From positions 1 through 13,279 of the forward strand of contig JAYTOU010000019.1 of NCBI GenBank assembly GCA_043747615.1: a stretch of 13,279 bases of DNA, in the 5' to 3' direction. The notes below the pieces were generated by a model. That model saw only the letters and a list, made by a program, of their open reading frames with translations, was not told the origin of the DNA and made no database searches. The stretch comes from Myxococcales bacterium (lineage in GTDB: Bacteria > Myxococcota_A > Polyangia > Polyangiales > Polyangiaceae). Of this stretch, positions 7,944 to 13,279 are shown in pieces (within the stretch, counting starts at the first letter, position 1; each line of letters starts with the position of its first letter). Made by a program: the position numbers and the translations under genes.

Positions 7944-8957
7944 ATGGATCCGGCCTGGGTAGCGCTGAAAGACGAGGAGCTCCTGCGCGTACGGATCTGC
8001 GATCTCGGTCTATCGATCGAAGGAACGGACCTCGAGGCGCGGATCGCGCAGCTCTACGACGAGCTCGCGGCACATGGCCTGACGCTCCGGCCCCCGTGCT
8101 ACCTGGGTGACGAGTGGTTCACCCCCACCGGCAGGCCGGCGATCGCCATTCCCTTCTACCTCGCCCACCCACGCCTGAAGGCGCTCGAGAAAAAGCAGAT
8201 GCTCGAGGTCGAAGGAACCAGCCCCGAAGAGTGCGCCAAGCTCCTTCGGCACGAGTGCGGGCACGCCTTTGATCACGCGTACCGCCTGTCGTACCGGCGC
8301 AAGTGGCGGACGATCTTCGGAAGCCCGAACGCCGACTACAACCCGGAAGTGTACAGGCCGCGGCCGTACTCGCGGAGCTTCGTGCGTCACCTCCCGAACT
8401 GGTACGCGCAGGCCCATCCCGACGAGGACTTCGCCGAGACCTTCGCCGTGTGGCTGGGGCTTCCGGCCGAGGAGTGGCGCGGCCGTTACCGCGGATGGAA
8501 GGCTCTCGAGAAGATCGAGTACGTCGACGAGCTAATGAAGGAGATCGGTCGGAAGGCGCCGATCGTTCGCGGCGGCAGGCGCGTGTCGGACGCAGCGAAG
8601 TTGAAGACCAACCTCGAACGTCACTACGATCGCCGGCGAAAGCTGTGGGGCGAGCAGTTCCCGGATTTCTACGACACGGACTTGCGAAAAATTTTCGAGA
8701 GCGGCGAGAAAGGCAAGCTGTCCGCGTCGCGCTTCATGCTGCGGCACAGAACGGCGCTCGTCTCTGCACTCGTCGCATGGACGGGCCAGCACAAATACAC
8801 GGTGGACGAGCTCACCCGAAAGCTCACCAAGCGCTGCGCCCGGCTCGAGCTCACCGCTCCCGTCGACGAAGCGCGGCTGCTCCTCGATCTCGGAGCATTC
8901 CTGGCGGCGCTCGTAACGAACCACCTTCACACCGGAAGGTTCAAGAGGTCCGTTTGA
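7944..8957 (+). CDS. Putative zinc-binding metallopeptidase (zincin, Peptidase_Mx-like), 337 aa
   Basis: HExxH motif HECGH at 8250-8264 and downstream YAQAHPDEDFAETFAVW. No signal peptide. ATG 7944 is chosen because the upstream in-frame sequence is AT-richer intergenic DNA and overlaps the kinase start. Confidence 0.88.
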   Translation: MDPAWVALKDEELLRVRICDLGLSIEGTDLEARIAQLYDELAAHGLTLRPPCYLGDEWFTPTGRPAIAIPFYLAHPRLKALEKKQMLEVEGTSPEECAKLLRHECGHAFDHAYRLSYRRKWRTIFGSPNADYNPEVYRPRPYSRSFVRHLPNWYAQAHPDEDFAETFAVWLGLPAEEWRGRYRGWKALEKIEYVDELMKEIGRKAPIVRGGRRVSDAAKLKTNLERHYDRRRKLWGEQFPDFYDTDLRKIFESGEKGKLSASRFMLRHRTALVSALVAWTGQHKYTVDELTRKLTKRCARLELTAPVDEARLLLDLGAFLAALVTNHLHTGRFKRSV

Positions 8958-8970
8958 ACCAGAGGCCGCG

Positions 8971-9993
8971 ATGAAAGTTCTGGTGCTCTTCGATCTGGCG
9001 AGGCCTACGTCTTCGGACGAGAGCTTCTCCGCGCGCGCTCTTCGGCAAGACGAAGACAAGCCCACGGAAGCCGACTTGCTCGGCTGCCTCCGCAGGCTCG
9101 AGCACGAAGTGGAGATGCTCGCGGTCTACGACAACGTGCGCGACATCGTGAAGAAGCTCGACGAGTTCGCCCCCGACGTCGTCTTCAACATGTGCGAGAC
9201 GTTCCGCGACGATCGCGCGAATGAGCCGAATATTCCTGCGCTCCTCGAGCTGATGAAGGTGCGTTACACGGGAGCGGGCCCCGACGCGCTCCTCCTCTGC
9301 AAGGACAAGGCACTCGCCAAGAAGCTGCTCACGTTTCACCACGTGCGAACCGCGCGCTTCGGCGTCTCGTACCGCGAAAGGCCGCTCCGTACCCTCCGCT
9401 CGCTCGGTCGCTTCACGTATCCGGCGTTCGTGAAGCCGCTCGGAATGGAAGGGAGCGACGGCATCAGCAAGGCGTCTCTCGTGAAGAGCGAAGCCGAGGT
9501 CCTCGACCGCGCGAAGTTCATACACGAACGCTTCGAGACCGACGCGCTCATCGAGGAGTACATCGAGGGGCGCGAGCTCACCGTCGGGGTGCTCGGAAAT
9601 TCACGCCTCACCGTCTTTCCTCCGCGGGAGACGTTCTTCGGAGCGCGAGACCAAGAGCCCGACGACGCCGCTCCGAAGTTCGCCACCGCCAAGGCCAAGT
9701 GGGACGACGCTTACCGCAAGAAATGGGGCATCCGCAATGGTCCCGCAGGGAAGCTCCCCCCGGGAATGGTCGAGAAGCTCGAGAAGATCGCGCGCCGCGT
9801 CTACCGCACGCTCAACATTCGCGGGCTCGGTCGCATCGACGTGCGGATGACCGAAGACGGCGAGGTGGTGGTGATCGAAGCGAACCCCAATCCGTCGCTC
9901 GCCAAGGGGGACGACTTCGCGATGGCCGCGGCCTCGAGCGGCCTCGATTACGAAGCGCTCATCCAGAGAATCCTGGACAACGCCGTGCGCTGA
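8971..9993 (+). CDS. ATP-grasp ligase, D-Ala-D-Ala ligase-like but non-canonical
   Basis: ATP-grasp motifs DKALAK, FVKPLGMEGSDGI, LIEEYIEGRELTVGVLG, GRIDVR and IEANPNP. Shine-Dalgarno AGAGG at 8961-8965. It lacks the Ddl N-terminal GGxSxEH motif, and the omega loop reads FATAKAKW instead of YxxKY. Confidence 0.92.
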   Translation: MKVLVLFDLARPTSSDESFSARALRQDEDKPTEADLLGCLRRLEHEVEMLAVYDNVRDIVKKLDEFAPDVVFNMCETFRDDRANEPNIPALLELMKVRYTGAGPDALLLCKDKALAKKLLTFHHVRTARFGVSYRERPLRTLRSLGRFTYPAFVKPLGMEGSDGISKASLVKSEAEVLDRAKFIHERFETDALIEEYIEGRELTVGVLGNSRLTVFPPRETFFGARDQEPDDAAPKFATAKAKWDDAYRKKWGIRNGPAGKLPPGMVEKLEKIARRVYRTLNIRGLGRIDVRMTEDGEVVVIEANPNPSLAKGDDFAMAAASSGLDYEALIQRILDNAVR

Positions 9994-10024
9994 CGCCAGC
10001 GCAGGTCCGTAGTACCTTCGGCAG

Positions 10025-11194
10025 ATGACGACCGAGCGTGAAGCCGCCGCGGACCCCGAGTACGCGCAAGACGTCGCCAAGGTGCGGGAGGCCGCGAGGC
10101 AGCTTGGCGTCGACAACATCGAGGACGGCAGCTGGTTTCGCCGCCTCGTCGCCGGGCACATCAAAACGTACTTTGCGAAGTTTCGTCCGGAGGTCTGGGA
10201 TCGCGTCTATCCCGGCCTCGACACGGAACAACGAGCCGACGCTCAGATCAGAAAAGTCGCTCGCAAGGCAGCTGCGGCGGGCGCGGTCGCTGGCCTGGGT
10301 GCAAGCTCGGGCGAGCTCCTGGCGATGCTGAGCGAGGGGATAGCCGCGCCGGTCGGTGTACCCGCGGCAATTTTTTCGATGGTGGTCGAGGCCTGGTACA
10401 CGGCGGTCGCGCAGGTCGATCTCGCTTGCGATCTTGCCTCTATTTACAGCGTTCCCTTCGACAGCGACGACGTGGGAGAAGTGGCGACCCTCTTTGGGCT
10501 CGCGCTGGGCGTCGACATCAAGAAGAAGAAAGATGAAGAGCGGAACGCCCCGGACGAGCGCGTGCACGACACGCTCACCGAGAAGATGATCGAGCTGAAG
10601 GAAGGCGAGATCGCGTCGCGCATCGGACGAAAGCTTCTCGAAGAAGCGGTGATGCGAAATCTCGTCCCCTTCGTGAGCATTCCGATCAGCGCGCGCTGGA
10701 ACTACGTCGCGACGAAGAAGCTCGGCTTCACCGTGAAGAAATACATGCGCTACCGACGCGCGCTCGAGGCCTCGTTCGACAACCTATGCCTGACCGACGT
10801 GGCGCTTCCAGCGTTGCTCCTCGAGGGAGCGTGGCTCCTGGCGACGGTCGACGGAGACGCAGGGCACGAGGAGATCCTCGCCCTCGCCCTCGTGATGGAC
10901 AAGCTGACCCACGCTCAGCGTACACAGGTCGAGCTCAAGACGAGCCTGGAGGAAGACGAAGAAAAATGGTTCGAAGAGCTCGCACACGCGCCGGCGAGCA
11001 TGCACGACACCCTCCTCAATACGCTCTTTCTCATGGCGGCGACGGATCGCGAGCTTCAGCCGGGCGAGCGGCGCTTCTTGCGGCGGTGCGGTAAGGTCTT
11101 GAATCGCGAAGTCGACTGCGCGCGCGTAGCTCAAATGGCCCACTATTTCGCGAGCGGCGAGAACGTGCCTGCGGGCATGCTGTCAGTCCGCTGA
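10025..11194 (+). CDS. Hypothetical protein with EcsC-like N-terminal region and TerB-like C-terminal domain
   Basis: Gly/Ala-rich helices AAAAGAVAGLG, plus DLASIYSVPFD and LVPFVSIPISARWNY (EcsC/DUF697-like). Two TerB-like motifs: LATVDGDAGHEE and MAATDRELQPGERRFL. The CDS is well supported; the domain calls are tentative. Confidence 0.75.
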   Translation: MTTEREAAADPEYAQDVAKVREAARQLGVDNIEDGSWFRRLVAGHIKTYFAKFRPEVWDRVYPGLDTEQRADAQIRKVARKAAAAGAVAGLGASSGELLAMLSEGIAAPVGVPAAIFSMVVEAWYTAVAQVDLACDLASIYSVPFDSDDVGEVATLFGLALGVDIKKKKDEERNAPDERVHDTLTEKMIELKEGEIASRIGRKLLEEAVMRNLVPFVSIPISARWNYVATKKLGFTVKKYMRYRRALEASFDNLCLTDVALPALLLEGAWLLATVDGDAGHEEILALALVMDKLTHAQRTQVELKTSLEEDEEKWFEELAHAPASMHDTLLNTLFLMAATDRELQPGERRFLRRCGKVLNREVDCARVAQMAHYFASGENVPAGMLSVR

Positions 11195-11374
11195 TAAGCC
11201 GCGGGGAGCACCCGCCCCGACGAGTATGAAGGTGCTCAGCGGTAATGAAGGAACACCAAGGCTCCTCGCGATCGCAAGCCCAAGCGGCCCTCATTCGGGA
11301 GACGGAATCCCGCGTATCCGCAGTCGATCGTCGAAATCGACCAGGTCGACCTAATTTGAGCTCGCCCGCGTGAT

Positions 11375-11416
11375 TTTCATCCCCGGGGATGAACGCGAAT
11401 ATCACCAGGGATGAAA
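11375..11416. promoter_or_regulatory. Perfect 18-bp palindrome plus a degenerate copy 22 bp away; operator pair or bidirectional terminator/hairpin
   Basis: TTCATCCCCGGGGATGAA at 11376-11393. ATCACCAGGGATGAA (11401-11415) matches ATCCCCGGGGATGAA (11379-11393) at 13/15 positions. Confidence 0.5.
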
Positions 11417-11438
11417 GCGCGTCCGCGCGCAGGAGCCA

Positions 11439-11807
11439 TCAAGCCTTGCGGAGGCGGATGTCGCCGCGCACGAGGAGCGGGTCGACGACGCGACCCGCCT
11501 GGGTGATGACGATGCGGTTCGCGAGCGCGAGCCGTACCGCCGCGGCGCGAACGTCGTCGAGCCGCTCGCGCCAGCGCTTCGGATCGATCTCGCGCGCGAC
11601 GTCGGACGGGCAGATCGAGGCTCCCTCGGCGCGGCCATCGAGCGCGGCCACCATCGCGTCGTCGATGGTGGCGCCTACCTTCCCGGAGCCTCGGCGACAT
11701 GCGTCGGAGCAGAACTTCACGTGCTCCCAATCGCGCGCCCACTTCTTCCTCCAGGCGAAGGGCCGGCCGCAACGCGCGCACACCTTGTCAGCCGGTCTTG
11801 CGCTCAC
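11439..11807 (-). CDS. DUF2256-DUF3253 fusion protein (Zn-finger-like plus winged-helix-like), 122 aa
   Basis: [31 protein letters not shown] (DUF2256) followed by SICPSDVAR...[12 protein letters not shown]...ITQAG...RGDIRLR (DUF3253). The GTG start overlaps the upstream TGA (GTGA). Confidence 0.9.
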   Translation of the reverse strand: MSARPADKVCARCGRPFAWRKKWARDWEHVKFCSDACRRGSGKVGATIDDAMVAALDGRAEGASICPSDVAREIDPKRWRERLDDVRAAAVRLALANRIVITQAGRVVDPLLVRGDIRLRKA

Positions 11808-12373
11808 GGGCGGCCGAGGGCGTGGGCCTTCAACTTCTCCGCTCCGACCACGCGCGTCGCGGACGCGTGCGTCGCGTCGAGCACGACGGGAGGCGCGACC
11901 CCCGCACGCTCGGCTTCGTCCCAGCGGGATGCGCAGAGGCACCACCGTTGCCCGGCGTGGAGCCCGGGAAACGCGCCACGCGGGGTAACGAGATCGTTGC
12001 CCTTCGACTTCGAGAACGACAGGAATTCGTCGGTGACCTTCGCGCAGACGACGTGCACGCCGGTGTCGTCGGTTCCGGCGGAGCACTTTCCGTCGCGGAA
12101 CCATCCCGTCAACGGTGCGCTCGAGCACACTGCGAGCGCTCCTCTCGTGAGGCTCTTGTCGTCGGCCCGCGCAGAAACAGGCGCGCTCGGCAGCGCACAC
12201 GCCTCGATCGACGGTGCGTCCTCGGCGCCGCACGCAGCGCCTGGCGGAGGAGCCGACATCGCGACGCCCGCTGCGCTCATCGACGACGACGGGGTCGGCG
12301 TTGGAGCGCGACCACACCCGAGCGCACACGAAAAAAGAGCGGAAGCGGTAAGCGACGATGCCAGCGGTTTCAT
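11804..12373 (-). CDS. DUF2237-domain protein with N-terminal lipoprotein-like signal and low-complexity linker, 189 aa
   Basis: [57 protein letters not shown] and [10 protein letters not shown] are the DUF2237 signature. N-terminus is [26 protein letters not shown] lies 7 nt upstream of ATG 12373. Confidence 0.9.
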   Translation of the reverse strand: MKPLASSLTASALFSCALGCGRAPTPTPSSSMSAAGVAMSAPPPGAACGAEDAPSIEACALPSAPVSARADDKSLTRGALAVCSSAPLTGWFRDGKCSAGTDDTGVHVVCAKVTDEFLSFSKSKGNDLVTPRGAFPGLHAGQRWCLCASRWDEAERAGVAPPVVLDATHASATRVVGAEKLKAHALGRP

Positions 12374-12428
12374 CGACGGAAGCATAGGGTCGAGGGTCGA
12401 ACCCGAAAAGCCACGTGGTCGTCTGCGC

Positions 12429-12779
12429 TCATAAGGGCGGCTCGCGCCAGCGGGCCAGACGCTTTTCGGTGAGCTTGCCGATGACCTCGTTCAGGCGGAC
12501 GTCGCTCTTGTGCTTGTGGTCGTGGCGCACGCCCTTCTCGGAGTTGCAGCGGGCGCAGGCGATCCCCAGGTTGCGCAGGTCATCGGTGCCACCGTGCGTC
12601 TGAGGCACGATGTGCTCGATGGTGGCGCGGCCGATGGGCTGCCCGTCGAGCGCGACGGTGAGGCGCGTGTTGCAGTGGAGACACTTGCCGCTCCAGGCCT
12701 CGCGGTCGCCGACCCGCGCGCGCTCGAAGGTGGTGTCGGTGGCGATGATCGCGAGAATCGTCCGCTGCTTCGCGCTCAT
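12429..12779 (-). CDS. Small HNH endonuclease (McrA-like), 116 aa
   Basis: CLHC...TIEHIVPQTHGGTDDLRNLGIACARCNSEKG. ATG 12779 overlaps the upstream TGA (ATGA). Confidence 0.92.
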   Translation of the reverse strand: MSAKQRTILAIIATDTTFERARVGDREAWSGKCLHCNTRLTVALDGQPIGRATIEHIVPQTHGGTDDLRNLGIACARCNSEKGVRHDHKHKSDVRLNEVIGKLTEKRLARWREPPL

Positions 12780-13279
12780 CCCGCGTCCACGTAGGGTTGG
12801 CACGTCACGCATACGTACGCGGTGCGCGCCCGCTGCAGGAAGCGCTGGACGTCCCCGCCACACGAGCGGCACGTCCTGCGGCCGTAGACGTGGACGCTCT
12901 CCGCGCGCGGCACGCGCTTGCGGGGCACCGCCAGCGCGAGCCCGTGTGTCGTCACGATGCGCTTCTCCTCGACGCCGCGCCGGAGGAGGCCAACCAGCAG
13001 CGTCCAGAGCGACTCCGCCCCGCCGCGTGAGAGCGCGCGCGCCGGCGTCGAGGGATGAATCTTCAGGAGGTGGAGGACCTCCGCGCGATAGACGTTGCCC
13101 ACGCCGGAGACCACGCTCTGGTCGAGCAGCGCCGCCCCGATGGGCGTCTTCGAACGCGCCAGGTAGTCGTAGAAGGGCTCCGGTGACGAGTCCTCGCGCA
13201 GCGGGTCGGGCCCGATGCGCGCCAGGATCTCGGCCTTCTTCTTCGGCGTGATGAGCTCGCACGCGGTCGGGCCGACGAG
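12776..13279 (-). CDS. Fpg/Nei-family DNA glycosylase/AP lyase (endonuclease VIII-like); 5' end is outside the window
   Basis: Frame open to the window edge: LVGPTACELI...RIGPDPL...PIGAALLDQSVVSGVGNVYRAEVL (H2TH motif), then VYGR and the zinc finger CRSC...CVTCQ. Confidence 0.93.
   Translation of the reverse strand, partial: LVGPTACELITPKKKAEILARIGPDPLREDSSPEPFYDYLARSKTPIGAALLDQSVVSGVGNVYRAEVLHLLKIHPSTPARALSRGGAESLWTLLVGLLRRGVEEKRIVTTHGLALAVPRKRVPRAESVHVYGRRTCRSCGGDVQRFLQRARTAYVCVTCQPYVDAG

Noticed and set aside
8971..9993. Naming the ligase ddl or vanA
   Set aside because: The substrate-binding motifs differ and there is no cell-wall or van gene context.
302..10567. Long antisense ORFs (e.g. 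302..1330, 1576..2400, 3169..3936, 5158..6261, 6891..7787, 8941..9525)
   Set aside because: They are the expected stop-poor shadows opposite real genes in high-GC DNA and show no protein motifs.
11201..11211. GCGGGGAGCAC resembling part of a type I-E CRISPR repeat
   Set aside because: It is a single partial match lacking the other stem arm and any array.
11808..13262. Long N-terminal extensions of ORFs 11439..12329 and 12429..13262
   Set aside because: They are Arg-rich off-frame read-through of the DUF2237 and Nei genes. The real starts are the coupled GTG 11807 and ATG 12779.

Overview
GC-rich bacterial DNA whose gene content (CarF, a Hanks kinase with an AgmX-like C-terminus, many Cys-rich lipoproteins) points to a myxobacterium, probably Polyangiales-like. 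That assignment is an inference. From left to right the window holds: the end of an IS21-family element, with 6-7 tandem ~22-bp repeats, inserted into a glycoside-hydrolase-like gene; a carF/TMEM189 plasmalogen desaturase; a frameshifted CAP-domain remnant; a Cys-rich lipoprotein; a minus-strand run of Ser/Thr kinase, FGE/SUMF1-fold protein and FG-GAP/ASPIC-UnbV lipoprotein; and, divergent from the kinase, a zincin metallopeptidase plus a non-canonical Ddl-like ATP-grasp ligase followed by an EcsC/TerB-like protein. That three-gene cluster is the best candidate for an uncharacterised peptide ligation/removal system. After it come a palindrome-rich convergent intergenic region and a minus-strand run of Fpg/Nei, HNH, DUF2237 and DUF2256-DUF3253. 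Six genes carry a TANNNT box 6-8 nt before the start codon, which suggests leaderless transcription. All family calls come from motif recognition by eye; no searches were run.
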